The notes beneath the pieces are model-generated. The model worked only from the letters and a program-made list of their open reading frames with translations. It searched no databases and was not told the DNA's origin. Source: an uncultured Verrucomicrobiae bacterium (lineage in GTDB: Bacteria; Verrucomicrobiota; Verrucomicrobiia; Limisphaerales; Palsa-1400). From it: 64,000 bases of DNA. Of the stretch, positions 46,263-56,251 are shown one piece after another. The position numbers were made by a program, and so were the translations under genes. Location of the stretch: the NCBI GenBank assembly GCA_963764165.1, contig CAVXRD010000002.1:3488001-3552000 (forward strand). Reading direction: 5' to 3'. Within the stretch, counting starts at the first letter, position 1, and every line of letters begins with the position of its first letter.

Positions 46263-47855
46263 TCAATTCCCGATTCGCCGTTTTAGAATTTCCAATGTCA
46301 TCGCATCGCGGTCAATTGAGGTCTTTGAGGCCTCGCGCCACATATATTCTGTCCTGCTGCCGCCCGCCATAATCACAAACCCCACGCGCTCGTAAGATTT
46401 TCCCGCGTAATCGGCGGCGAATTTCGATAATTCCAGTTTTGTATCGCGGGTGGCGCGCCAGGATGTGGGAACATTGACCATGATCATGAACAGCGGCTTG
46501 GCTCGTTCGATTTCGCGCTGCATGTCGGATTGCATCGTCTCGGCGTAGGGGCCGGAGGAGGCCAGGTCATACATATAAATGTAGCCCGTGGCGGAATGGC
46601 GGCGGGCATAGAAGAATATCTCCGGCTCGGAACCAAAGACAGCGATGGTGTCGCCCGGCGCGGAATGTTCGCGAATGTAACGGCCTGCCTCGACGGCTTC
46701 CGGGAACGGCTCCCGCTGGTAAAGCGTTCGCACAACTTCCAGCGGCGTCCGCGCAAACCATGTCGCGCCGTTGGCAAATAAAAATGCCGCACAGCCCGCA
46801 ACGAACAACGCTCCGGCCGCGGGCCAATTCAATCGGCTCGCCATGCCGCCAAAGGCGACCGCCACCAAAATCGACGCCGCCGGAATCAGCACGATGAAGT
46901 AGTGAGGAAACAAATAAAAGCTCACCAGCAAGGCGCACAGCGACAATCCCACCAGGCAAACCACCGGGAATTTCGTCTCCGCTCGCGATCTTCCCGCCAG
47001 CAAAATCGCGAGCCCAACCAACGCCACCAACCCCCACCCTTCCAGCGCAAAACCACGCCGCGACATTTCACTGAGTTGCCACGAAATTTGATCTTCCGAC
47101 AAATCCTTCCCATGCACCGGTGCAAATTGCATCGTCCAAAACCAGAATCGCTGAAACGTTCCCGCGCGCCACATCCACAAGCACGTCAACAGGAACGGCG
47201 CGGCCACGCCAGCGCAATATGAAATCAATCCACGCCCTTTCGCTCTGCGCTCCAGACGGGGCGTCTGGATAAGTTCACTCAGCAAAACCGCCCCGCCGAA
47301 CATTGCAAAAAAAATTCCCGGCTGCTTGCACAAGAACGACCATCCGAACAGAAAACCGCTCAAGGCATACCACGGGCCTCCACGAGAATCCTGCGCCTTG
47401 AGAAGCACCCACCACCCCCCCAGCATTGTCAGCACGACAAGATGCGTCGCGTGCCCCTGCAATCCGAGAACCGCCGGGCTCAGTGAAAACAACGCAAAAC
47501 AAACCGCCGCCACCGAAGCATGCGCCGTGTCTAACAACCGGCGCGTGATAAAAAAAAGAAATGTGATTGACGCAAGATTCGTCAGCAGAAACCCAAAATG
47601 AATCGCTTCGGTCGTCTGCCCGAACATTCCCATCATCGCCGCGTAGGCCACATACGTCCCCGGCAGTTTGATGTTGTATTCGAGTTTGTAGGGAGGAACG
47701 CCGTCCAGCATCAACTGTCCCGCGTAGGCGAATTCGCCCTCGTCGCGCTCCAATGGAATGCCGAGCAACCGCAGCCGCACGCCGATCACCAGCAGGGCCG
47801 CCAGGCCAAGCGCCAAAACGGCCCAGGCGCTGACGCGGTATTTGCCAATCTGCAC
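46263..47855 (-). CDS. GT-C membrane glycosyltransferase (ArnT/PMT, GT39/83-like)
   Basis: LERDEGEFAY, PPYK...KLPG, LCKQPG, FPHYF and many TM segments. Start taken at GTG 47855. Confidence 0.8.
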   Translation of the reverse strand: MQIGKYRVSAWAVLALGLAALLVIGVRLRLLGIPLERDEGEFAYAGQLMLDGVPPYKLEYNIKLPGTYVAYAAMMGMFGQTTEAIHFGFLLTNLASITFLFFITRRLLDTAHASVAAVCFALFSLSPAVLGLQGHATHLVVLTMLGGWWVLLKAQDSRGGPWYALSGFLFGWSFLCKQPGIFFAMFGGAVLLSELIQTPRLERRAKGRGLISYCAGVAAPFLLTCLWMWRAGTFQRFWFWTMQFAPVHGKDLSEDQISWQLSEMSRRGFALEGWGLVALVGLAILLAGRSRAETKFPVVCLVGLSLCALLVSFYLFPHYFIVLIPAASILVAVAFGGMASRLNWPAAGALFVAGCAAFLFANGATWFARTPLEVVRTLYQREPFPEAVEAGRYIREHSAPGDTIAVFGSEPEIFFYARRHSATGYIYMYDLASSGPYAETMQSDMQREIERAKPLFMIMVNVPTSWRATRDTKLELSKFAADYAGKSYERVGFVIMAGGSRTEYMWREASKTSIDRDAMTLEILKRRIGN

Positions 47856-48059
47856 AGCACGATTGTTCACTTTCCAATCGGCGTTGCAATGGCATTCGGA
47901 ACGGGCTTGCGATCTGCGCCCAATCGCAATCGGCCAGCCGCAAATATGCAATTGTATGGATTCCCGTTTTCGGCCAATTTCAAGGAATTATGGGCCGGTT
48001 CAAAAGATCGAATGCTCATCAACGCCCCGGCAAACGAACGGAGCCGGCATAACTTCGAA

Positions 48060-48992
48060 ATGAGCTCTCACGACGACAAAACGAAGCGAGAATCGGATTC
48101 CAGCCCGAAGCGCCAGCGTCCTTTGGCGGCGAGGCGCGTTCTTGCTTGCGCGGTGCTGGCATGTTGCGTTGGAGGCGCAGCGTTTCTTATCTGGCCGACG
48201 CCAGAGCCTGAATTCAATGGCCACACTTATTCCTATTGGCTGGATATTTATTGTGACACACCGGCGCCAATCGGCGAATCGACGGGGAAAACGCGGGCGG
48301 AAGCGGAATCAGCGCTCAAGGCCATCGGCACCAATGCCATGCCGATCTTGGTGAATCTGTTGCGCGAAAGCGAAATATCGCCCTTGCGCTTGGTGCGGCT
48401 TAGAATCATCAACCGCTTTAGAATGATGACGCACCAGGCCCCAATCCAACCATCATTGCTGCAGTGGAAGGCTGCCGAGGGACTCCTTCTTCTTGGCACG
48501 AAGGCGGCGCCTGCGGTTCCCGAGTTGGCATCGGCGCTTATGAGCCGCCCCACGTTCCCGTTCGGAATCCTTCGCGTCCTCAGGAACATCGGGCCTTCCG
48601 CCAGCAACGCGACGCCGGCTGTGGCTGCGTATTTACGGAACACAAATTCCACCGATCTGCGCGAGGGCATCCTCACTCTTTCCACGATTTGTCTCGACCC
48701 CGAAATCGCAGTTCCCAATTTGCATCCGCTTTTGACTAATTCATACACTCCTGTGCGGGAGGAAGCCTGGAACGCGCTGTTGCACTGCGCAGCCAGCGAC
48801 CGCGAAGCTGCAATGCGCGCGGCGTGGGATTTGTTCCATGATCAGGCAGTCGTGCCAGGACATTCCTATGAAGATGGGCGCCCGCTCACCGTTTCCAATC
48901 TGGCAGGGATTATTATTATGGAAATGGAGACCTTCAGCTTTGCTGAATCGTCAACCAACCAGAACCCGGGACGTCCCCACCCTTTTCCTTGA
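48060..48992 (+). CDS. Membrane-anchored HEAT-repeat protein
   Basis: TM followed by EPEFNGHTYSYWL, AIGTNAMPIL, LGTKAAPAVPEL, IGPSASNATP. Confidence 0.7.
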   Translation: MSSHDDKTKRESDSSPKRQRPLAARRVLACAVLACCVGGAAFLIWPTPEPEFNGHTYSYWLDIYCDTPAPIGESTGKTRAEAESALKAIGTNAMPILVNLLRESEISPLRLVRLRIINRFRMMTHQAPIQPSLLQWKAAEGLLLLGTKAAPAVPELASALMSRPTFPFGILRVLRNIGPSASNATPAVAAYLRNTNSTDLREGILTLSTICLDPEIAVPNLHPLLTNSYTPVREEAWNALLHCAASDREAAMRAAWDLFHDQAVVPGHSYEDGRPLTVSNLAGIIIMEMETFSFAESSTNQNPGRPHPFP

Positions 48993-49023
48993 AGTCTTGC
49001 CTGTTCGCATTACAGTTGGATAA

Positions 49024-49608
49024 ATGATCGGTCGCAAAATATTGGCGGCGGTGGTGCTGGTGTCTGGAATGGCTGCTTGCAATGCCCAGACGCCCCCTGC
49101 GCCCGCCTCGCAAAATTCCAACTCCAATCAAGTCGCTATGGTTCAAGTTCGCTTACTCGATGACAATGGCCTTCCCGGGCCGGTGATTTCCAGCCCCAAA
49201 GTCGTCAAAACCGACGCCGAATGGGCCAAACAGTTGACTCCAGAGCAATACAAAATTACCCGAGCCAAGGGAACCGAACCGGCGTTTTGCGGCGCGTTTT
49301 TTGATCAGCACAAGCCGGGCATTTATTATTGCATTTGCTGCGATCTGCCGCTGTTCACTTCCGAGGCGAAATTTGATTCCGGCACCGGCTGGCCCAGCTT
49401 CTTCCAGCCTGTGGCCAAGGAAAATGTCGTCACCAAGCCCGACCACAGCTACGGCATCCGGACGGAGATTCTTTGCGCCCGCTGCGATGCGCATCTTGGC
49501 CATGTGTTCGAAGACGGCCCGCGCCCGACCGGATTGCGCTTCTGCCTCAATTCCGCCTCGCTGACCTTCAAGGAAAACCACAAGCTGAAGGACGCCACGG
49601 CGCATTAA
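49024..49608 (+). CDS. msrB: Peptide-methionine (R)-S-oxide reductase with export signal
   Basis: [39 protein letters not shown] and two CxxC motifs. Confidence 0.95.
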   Translation: MIGRKILAAVVLVSGMAACNAQTPPAPASQNSNSNQVAMVQVRLLDDNGLPGPVISSPKVVKTDAEWAKQLTPEQYKITRAKGTEPAFCGAFFDQHKPGIYYCICCDLPLFTSEAKFDSGTGWPSFFQPVAKENVVTKPDHSYGIRTEILCARCDAHLGHVFEDGPRPTGLRFCLNSASLTFKENHKLKDATAH

Positions 49609-49734
49609 GGGCCGCCTTGGCTGTCGAGCAGCATTCCCTCGGCGGATTCGCCCAAAGGCGTATCCGAATATTGATCGTTTGATTTGACAGCACCTGCGCC
49701 ATTGCTATAGTTGGCCGGTTCAATCGAACCGCCC

Positions 49735-52700
49735 ATGAATCAACTCAAACGCTGTTTTTCCGCGTTGCTCTTGCTGGCCTTCGCGCTTCCGCTGCGCGCC
49801 CAGCCCATCCTCATCCAGCCGGGCATAAATCAGGGTTTTGGCGGCAACAGCTTCACAGCCCTGCGCGTCGGCAAACAGACCGCCGACGGCACAGAGACTG
49901 TCATTACTGTCGAATATAACTACGATGGAATCACCGGCCCCACGGCCAGGATCCTGCCCATCATGGTGGATACGAAACAGCCGAAGGTGTCGAGCTGGTT
50001 CGGAACCGATCCCGTGATCATCTCGCAAGGGCATGGAACGATCTCTTTCCGCGTCAAGTACTTTAATGACGATCCCGGCGTGCCTCCCGAGGCCACAACT
50101 GATCACATACGCCTTCTGATGATGACAGATCCGGGCAACTCGCGCGTCGGCCAGGGATTGTTTGCCAAGAAAATCAAATGGGGCAGTGACAAAACTCCCG
50201 CCGCGAAAGCTGCGGCGCCGCCGTCTCAACCCCTCGTCGTCGAAACCCCTCAAAACACGGCCAGCGACAAAGCCCGCGAAGAAGCCGAAGCGCAAGCCCG
50301 CGAACAGGCGCGACTCAAGGCGGAGGCGGAGGCCCAGGCCAAGCGCGAGGCGGAAGCCAAAGCCAAAGAGGAAGCCCGCCTCCGTGCCGAAGCCCAGGAA
50401 AAAGCCCGCCTGGAAGCGGAAGCCCTAAGACTGGCCGAAGCCCAAGCCAAAGCCGAGGCCGAAATGAAAGCCCGCGAAGAAGCCCGCCTCAAAGCCTTGG
50501 CGGAAGAGAAAGCGCAGCAGGAAGCGGAAGCCAAACGGATTGCCGAACAAAAAGCCAAGGCGGAAGCCGAGGCCAGGCGGCTGGCGGATGAAAAAGCACA
50601 AGCCGATGCGGAAGCCAAGGCGCGTGAAGCAGCCCGCGTTAAAGCTGAAGCGGAGGAGAAAGCGCGCGAGGAAGCCGAGGCCAAACGCCTCGCCGCCGAG
50701 CAAGCCCGCATCGAGGCGGAAGCCAAAGCCCGTGAGGAAGCCCGGTTGAAAGCCGAGGCCATCGAACAAGCCCGCCAGCAAGCCGAAGCAAAACGAATTG
50801 CCGAACAGAAAGCCCAGGAAGAAGCGGAAGCCAAATCCCGCGAGGAAGCGAGACTGAAGGCCGAGGCCGAAGCCAAGGCACAAGAACAAGCGCGCCTCAA
50901 AGCAGAAGCAGATGCCAAAGCCCGCGAGGAGGCGCGTCTCAAGGCCGAAGCCGAGGAACGGGCCCGCCAGCAAGCGCTCGCCCAAAAATTAGCCGACGAA
51001 AAAGCCAAAGCGGAAGCCGAGGCCAAAGCCCGGGAGGAAATCCGCCTCAAAGCCGAGGCTGACGCAAAAGCCCGCGAACAAGCCCGTCTCAAGGCCGAAG
51101 CGGAGGAAAAGGCGCGCGCGGAAGCCGAGGCCAAGCGCCTGGCCGCCGAAAAAGCCAAAGCCGAAGCCGACGCAAAAGCGCGCGAGGAAGCGCGCCTGAA
51201 AGCAGTGGCGGAAGAAAAGGCGCGCGAAGAAGCCCGCCTCAAAGCCGAAGCCGAAGCCAAAGCCCAGGAAGAAGCCCGCCTCAAAGCCGAGGCGGAAGAA
51301 AAAGCCCGCTCCGAAGCGGAAGCCAAGCGCCTCGCGGCCGAAAAAGCCAAGGCGGAAGCGGAAGCCAAAGCCCGCGAAGCAGCCCGGCTGAAAGCCGAAG
51401 CTGAAGAGAAAGCGCGCGAGGAAGCGGAGGCCAGGCGTGTCGCCGACGAAAAAGCCAAAGCCGAAGAAAAGGCCCGCCAGGAAGCCGTCGCAAAAGTTCT
51501 GGCCGAACAAAAGGCAAAAGCGGAAGCCGAAGCCAAAGCTCGCGAAGAGGAGCGCCTCAAGGCAGAGGCGGCCGAAAAAGCCCGCGCTGAGGCAGAGGCA
51601 AAACGCCTCGCCGACGCCAAAGCCAAAGCCGACGCAGAAGCCAAGCTGCGCGAGGAGGCCCGCCTCAAAGCCGAAGCCGACGCCAAAGCGCGCGAAGAAG
51701 CTCGATTGAAGGCGGAAGCGGATGCCGCCGCCCGCGAACAAGCCCGGCTCAAGGCCGAAGCTGAAGAAAAAGCCCGTCAAGAAGAAGTCGCCAAACGCCT
51801 CGCCGCGGAAAAGGCGAAAGCCGAAGCCGACGCCAAGGCCCGCGAAGAAGCCCGCCTCAAAGCGGAAGCGGAAGCCAAGGCGCGTGAAGAGGCTCGTTTG
51901 AAAGCTGAAGCCGAGGAGAAGGCCCGTGTTGAGGCCGAAACCAAACGCCTCGCGGCGGAAAAAGCCAGGGCCGAAGCCGAAGCCAAAGCACGCGAGGAAG
52001 CACGTCTCAAAGCCGAAGCCGAGGCGAAGGCCCGCGAAGAAGCGCGGCTGAAGGCTGAGGCTGAAAAGCGCGCCCGCGAAGAAGCCGAAGCCAAACGCCT
52101 TGCCGGCGAAAAAGCAAAAGCCGATGCGGATGCGAAAGCCCGCGAGGAAGCCCGCCTTAAAGCAATCGCCGAGGAGAAGGCGCGCCAGGAAGCGCAGGCC
52201 AGAAAACTAGCCGAGGAAAAAGCCAAGGCGGAGGCCGAAGCCAAACTCCGCGAAGAGGCCCGTCTCAAGGCGGCAGCGGAAGAAAAGGCACGTCAAGAAG
52301 AAGCCGCAAAGCGCCTTGCCGCCCAGCAAGCCGAGGCCAAACGCCTCGCCGACGAGCAAGCGCGCCTGGAAGCCGAAGCGAAGGCCCGCGCCGAAGCCCG
52401 CGCAAAAACGGAGGCGGAGGAAAAAGCCCGCGCCGAGGCCGAGGCCACGCGGATTGCCGAGCAAAAGGCCAAGGCCGAGGCGGAAGCAAAACGCCTGGCG
52501 GAAGAAAAAGCAAAGGCGGAAGCAGAAGCCCGGCGCGCCGCTGGCGAAAAGGCCAAGGCCGAAGCCGAAGCTGCGCGCCTGGCCGAGGAAAAAGCAAAGG
52601 CGGAAGCCGCCGCCAAGAAATTGGCGGAAGAAAAAGCAAAAGCCGCCGCCCCCGCCCCTGCCGCGGCGGCTTCGGCCAAGGCCTTCGCCCTTGCGCCGAA

Positions 52701-53439
52701 CATGAAATCGAAGATTTCAAATATCGATGTTGTTAATCGCAATATTGACAGAACGGAGATGACGATCGCTGTTGAATTTCAGTATTCGAAGGATGATGCT
52801 CTTGCAAAAATGGGAGTGGACATCGCGAGTTCCGATGAGCCGTCCGCCTCGGCTTACTTTTCATGTCCGCCGGTTGAACTGGGGAAGGGCAATCGCAACT
52901 TCGTCATGTTCCCCGTCAAGCTGGATGCGGCAGCCGCCCTGGCGCTCAAGCGCCCCACTCTGCCGACGGACAAGGTTTGGGTTTACCTGACCGATGGAAA
53001 TGGCAGCAAGTCCTACATCTCCCAGAGCACGATGATTCTTGTGTGGCACATTCCTGGAGGCGGCGCGGGCGGAGCCGCCGCCGCCCCTGCCCCTGCGGCG
53101 GCGAAAAACAGCGTCGATTTCGACAGCTTCCAGCAGAACGACCTCTTCAGCGGATTCGTCACGATCCGATATAATTTGGTGTCCGGGGACGGCATGAAGC
53201 TGCATTTGAATGTATATGATTCCGCCAAACCGGAGTCGGGAAGCTGGTTCAACAGCGACGACGTCGAAATCAAGAGCGGGCCCGGCCTTCAATTGATCAA
53301 GATAAACGTGCCCAAGGAAGCCAAGTCCCCAGACGTTTTCACCGCCGATACAGTCGAAATACAAATGCTGGACGCCAAGGGGAACGTTTCCGCGAGCATC
53401 AAAAAGCAAACTTCGATGAATTGGGCGAAACCGAAGTGA
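49735..53439 (+). CDS. Giant secreted protein: one globular domain, ~790-aa A/E/K/R helical repeat, two globular domains
   Basis: Signal ending LRA-Q. Pro-free repeats AREEARLKAEAEAK / AKRLAAEKAKAEAE from about 50266 to 52645. Confidence 0.85.
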   Translation: MNQLKRCFSALLLLAFALPLRAQPILIQPGINQGFGGNSFTALRVGKQTADGTETVITVEYNYDGITGPTARILPIMVDTKQPKVSSWFGTDPVIISQGHGTISFRVKYFNDDPGVPPEATTDHIRLLMMTDPGNSRVGQGLFAKKIKWGSDKTPAAKAAAPPSQPLVVETPQNTASDKAREEAEAQAREQARLKAEAEAQAKREAEAKAKEEARLRAEAQEKARLEAEALRLAEAQAKAEAEMKAREEARLKALAEEKAQQEAEAKRIAEQKAKAEAEARRLADEKAQADAEAKAREAARVKAEAEEKAREEAEAKRLAAEQARIEAEAKAREEARLKAEAIEQARQQAEAKRIAEQKAQEEAEAKSREEARLKAEAEAKAQEQARLKAEADAKAREEARLKAEAEERARQQALAQKLADEKAKAEAEAKAREEIRLKAEADAKAREQARLKAEAEEKARAEAEAKRLAAEKAKAEADAKAREEARLKAVAEEKAREEARLKAEAEAKAQEEARLKAEAEEKARSEAEAKRLAAEKAKAEAEAKAREAARLKAEAEEKAREEAEARRVADEKAKAEEKARQEAVAKVLAEQKAKAEAEAKAREEERLKAEAAEKARAEAEAKRLADAKAKADAEAKLREEARLKAEADAKAREEARLKAEADAAAREQARLKAEAEEKARQEEVAKRLAAEKAKAEADAKAREEARLKAEAEAKAREEARLKAEAEEKARVEAETKRLAAEKARAEAEAKAREEARLKAEAEAKAREEARLKAEAEKRAREEAEAKRLAGEKAKADADAKAREEARLKAIAEEKARQEAQARKLAEEKAKAEAEAKLREEARLKAAAEEKARQEEAAKRLAAQQAEAKRLADEQARLEAEAKARAEARAKTEAEEKARAEAEATRIAEQKAKAEAEAKRLAEEKAKAEAEARRAAGEKAKAEAEAARLAEEKAKAEAAAKKLAEEKAKAAAPAPAAAASAKAFALAPNMKSKISNIDVVNRNIDRTEMTIAVEFQYSKDDALAKMGVDIASSDEPSASAYFSCPPVELGKGNRNFVMFPVKLDAAAALALKRPTLPTDKVWVYLTDGNGSKSYISQSTMILVWHIPGGGAGGAAAAPAPAAAKNSVDFDSFQQNDLFSGFVTIRYNLVSGDGMKLHLNVYDSAKPESGSWFNSDDVEIKSGPGLQLIKINVPKEAKSPDVFTADTVEIQMLDAKGNVSASIKKQTSMNWAKPK

Positions 53440-53469
53440 CCGAGAGAAGCAGGCTGGCGCCAAAGCCGG

Positions 53470-53538
53470 CCCATAACCCCCATTATTCCCATCGTTCCCA
53501 TTTTCACGGGAATAATGTGACCGATGAGAATAATGGGA
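53470..53538. repeat. 9-bp-period CCCAT repeats in inverted arrangement
   Basis: CCCATAACC-CCCATTATT-CCCATCGTT-CCCAT followed by an inverted ...ATGGGA arm. Related arrays at 55758-55791 and 63914-63942. Confidence 0.65.
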
Positions 53539-53588
53539 CGGCTCGGCGGAAGCCTCGCCTTGCCGAAAAAATGCTGAGATATGAGCGC

Positions 53589-54026
53589 CTACGGCGCGCC
53601 GGCGGATTTTACCGAGCCATTGACCGACATTATATGAGCGGCTTTGGCGGCATCGCGCACCTTGACCACGCGGCCCCACGGGGCGTCCGTGTCCGCGTTT
53701 ATCGTCAATACCAATTTTGGATTCCTTGATTCCTCCTGCTTTAGCAATTCCTCCAGCCGCTCGTAAGGCACCGCCGTGCTGGCGCCTCCGTTCGTGGCGC
53801 TTTGGAAATACAGGACGCCCCGCTTGTCAATGCTCACAATGGCGGTCCGCTCCTGCGTGGCGCCTTGCTTTTCTTCGGAAGATTCCGGCAGCGCGAGCTT
53901 CAGGGCGGCTTGCTGCTTGAAAGTCGTCGTGACCATCAGAAAAATCAGCACGACAATCAGCACGTCGATCAGCGAAACGATGATGACGGCCGGAGTCCCG
54001 CGGCGGCGGTTTCGGTTGAATTGCAT
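53589..54026 (-). CDS. exbD: ExbD/TolR family protein
   Basis: SLIDVLIVVLIFLMVTTTF with the conserved TM Asp, and INADTDAPWGRVVKV. Confidence 0.9.
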   Translation of the reverse strand: MQFNRNRRRGTPAVIIVSLIDVLIVVLIFLMVTTTFKQQAALKLALPESSEEKQGATQERTAIVSIDKRGVLYFQSATNGGASTAVPYERLEELLKQEESRNPKLVLTINADTDAPWGRVVKVRDAAKAAHIMSVNGSVKSAGAP

Positions 54027-54029
54027 CGC

Positions 54030-54668
54030 TTAAGATTCGCGCCTGGCGGCGGCGGTCGCTGTTGAAGCCGGATCAACCTGATGATAAAGCAGGCCGAGGA
54101 ACTCGTCGCAGAGCGACGCCATTTCCACCGCCATCGTGTCGACTTTCTTGTTGTAAAAACTCCACGCGATGAGCGACGGGATGGCAGCCAGCAATCCGAG
54201 AAACGTCGCGCGCAGCGCCAGCGCGATGCCGCGGGCCATGGCGCCGCTGTCACCCAGGCCGCTGGGCCCGACATCGGCAAAGAGCGTGATCAAGCCGTAG
54301 ACGGTGCCAAGCAAGCCAAGCAGCGGAGAAATTCCGACCACGATTTCCAGGATCACGAGACCGGATTCGAGCCGGGAGATTTCCTTTCGCGCAGCGGTTT
54401 CAAGCCCGCTGGAGTTTTCCGCGCGCGTGTAAAAACGGTGCTTTTCCGCGAGCAGCAGCAGCCTTCCCAGCGGCGAGGCGTGGTCCGCGCAAGTCCGCCG
54501 CAGCATCGGCAAATCCCCCTCGTTCCGAAAAGCCGAGAGCGCCGAAAGAATTTCCGGCGGCATGACTTTCGACGTTCGCAGGGCCAGCCCGCGTTCAATG
54601 ATAAAGGCCAGCCCCACCACGGAAGCCGCCATCAGCACGGCAAGAAAGAACAATGAATCAAGGCTCAT
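54030..54668 (-). CDS. exbB: MotA/TolQ/ExbB proton channel
   Basis: ISPLLGLLGTVYGLI and GIALALRATFLGLLAAIP. Start at MSLDS (54668). Confidence 0.9.
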   Translation of the reverse strand: MSLDSLFFLAVLMAASVVGLAFIIERGLALRTSKVMPPEILSALSAFRNEGDLPMLRRTCADHASPLGRLLLLAEKHRFYTRAENSSGLETAARKEISRLESGLVILEIVVGISPLLGLLGTVYGLITLFADVGPSGLGDSGAMARGIALALRATFLGLLAAIPSLIAWSFYNKKVDTMAVEMASLCDEFLGLLYHQVDPASTATAAARRES

Positions 54669-55698
54669 AGTAAAACGTAAAGGTGATGTCGTAATGATCA
54701 TCCGCCACTTCCGCCCGCATTGCCGGCGTCCATTTTTCGAATGGCGCGGGTTTCGCAATGGCGCGCTCGCAGGCAATCTCGAGTGTTTGGGTCACTTCGC
54801 TTTTCACCAGACTCATGTTCTTGACACTGCCGTCCGGCATCAATCGAAAATGCAAAACCACCCGCCCGGTCACGTCGGCAGACTCATTCTGGAGAAGGTC
54901 GTACCAGCAACTCTGAACGGCGTCCACAAACTTCTCCATATACCTGCCCATTTCGGTGCCCAGGGCGTCGACGGAAACGCCTGGGGTGATATGATTGACA
55001 CCGCCTTCGTTGCGGGAACGCTGGCCCGGCGTGCCGCGTTCGGCCAGGGCTTCGGAGATGGTGCGCGGGCGCCGCGGCTTGGGGGGCGGGGCTTCTGGCT
55101 TTTTCTGTTCCGCCGATTGCGCCTTGCCGGGCTGAGTTTTGCCGTTGGAAGGCTCATCGGATGTATTGCCGCGCGGAATGGCTTTGGGCGGTGTGTTCTC
55201 TGTCGCAGTCGAAGGCGCTGGCTCGCTCGGCGGGACAGGCGGTGGCTCGGGGGTCTTCTGCTGAGGCTGGCGGTGCCCGCTGGGAGTGATCTTCAGGTAA
55301 CGATCCTGGTTCCCGTCGATTTGGGGCATCTGCGAGTCGGTTTTGGGATCCGGATTGCCGGCCACCGTGTTTTCCGCGGCCATAAACTTCGGTTTTGGGG
55401 GAGGCGCGGGAGTTGCCGTGTCGGGGTCAATTTCGACAAAGGCAAGGGTGGTTTGCGAGGATGAATCTTGGGGCGGTTTTGGTGGGACAGGAGCCACCGG
55501 AACCAGGGGTTTGACAATGGCTTGCAGCCACCGCGGGACCGCCAATTCCCGCCACCAGCCCTGCTTCTGCCCGATTTTCCAGGTTGAATAGCCGAGCACG
55601 TGCAGCAACAGCGAAATGACCAGAGCCAAAACGCGAAATTTGGCCTGGGTGCTGGATTGCTTGGAGCCCGAAACTGTCACGTTAGGAGAATGGCCCAA
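54658..55698 (-). CDS. TonB/TolA-like energy transducer
   Basis: SLLLH TM motif, Pro-rich linker, C-terminal VVLHFRLMPDGSV...AIAKPAPF domain. Confidence 0.8.
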   Translation of the reverse strand: MGHSPNVTVSGSKQSSTQAKFRVLALVISLLLHVLGYSTWKIGQKQGWWRELAVPRWLQAIVKPLVPVAPVPPKPPQDSSSQTTLAFVEIDPDTATPAPPPKPKFMAAENTVAGNPDPKTDSQMPQIDGNQDRYLKITPSGHRQPQQKTPEPPPVPPSEPAPSTATENTPPKAIPRGNTSDEPSNGKTQPGKAQSAEQKKPEAPPPKPRRPRTISEALAERGTPGQRSRNEGGVNHITPGVSVDALGTEMGRYMEKFVDAVQSCWYDLLQNESADVTGRVVLHFRLMPDGSVKNMSLVKSEVTQTLEIACERAIAKPAPFEKWTPAMRAEVADDHYDITFTFYYEP

Positions 55699-55927
55699 AA
55701 CCTGCCGAAAACAACTGGAAAGCCGCGCCGATGTTTTTCAGGGTGCGAACAAAAGAAGACCTATCCGACCTATTTGTCCTATAAGACATATCCATCCCGC
55801 ACGCAATATTGACGATCGTACCCCGTAAAGAGTTTGAAGGCAGGAAAGGGCCGAGAATTAGGAAACAGGCCGGAAACTGCCAGAACAAAGTCGAGTAGCT
55901 AAATATAAGTTTAACAAGAGGTTCCAT

Positions 55928-56173
55928 ATGAAAACATTGATCAAAACAGCGTGTGTGGCAGCGGCAGCCCTGGCATTAACAGCGTTCACCGCTCCCAAAG
56001 CCGAAGCAGCGATCGTGACGATCTGCCCGCCAGTTGTGAGGGTCGGAAGGCCCATTGTGGCGGCCCCGGCGCCGGTTTTCGCCCCCCGAGTGGTTTGCGC
56101 TCCGTTGTATCCGGTGGTCCGGTTTGGCTGGGACCGGCATTTCGATCACGGCTATTACTTCCATCGCCGTTGA
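55928..56173 (+). CDS. Small secreted Pro/Val-rich protein
   Basis: GAGG RBS, signal ending KAEA, His/Arg/aromatic tail. Confidence 0.65.
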   Translation: MKTLIKTACVAAAALALTAFTAPKAEAAIVTICPPVVRVGRPIVAAPAPVFAPRVVCAPLYPVVRFGWDRHFDHGYYFHRR

Positions 56174-56203
56174 TTAGGCAAAGTTGAAACAAACAGCGTG
56201 ACT

Positions 56204-56229
56204 GAGCCGCGGACGAGTTCCCGCGGCTC
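56204..56229. terminator. Hairpin between convergent genes, probable terminator
   Basis: 9-bp stem GAGCCGCGG / CCGCGGCTC. Confidence 0.55.
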
Positions 56230-56251
56230 TCCGTTTTCGGGCCGGCGCCGG

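Noticed and set aside
50250..52742. Long antisense ORFs (Ser/Ala/Arg- or Phe/Gly-rich) and a possible CRISPR-like periodicity
   Set aside because: These are shadows of the coding A/E/K/R repeat. There are no constant repeats with unique spacers and no cas genes.
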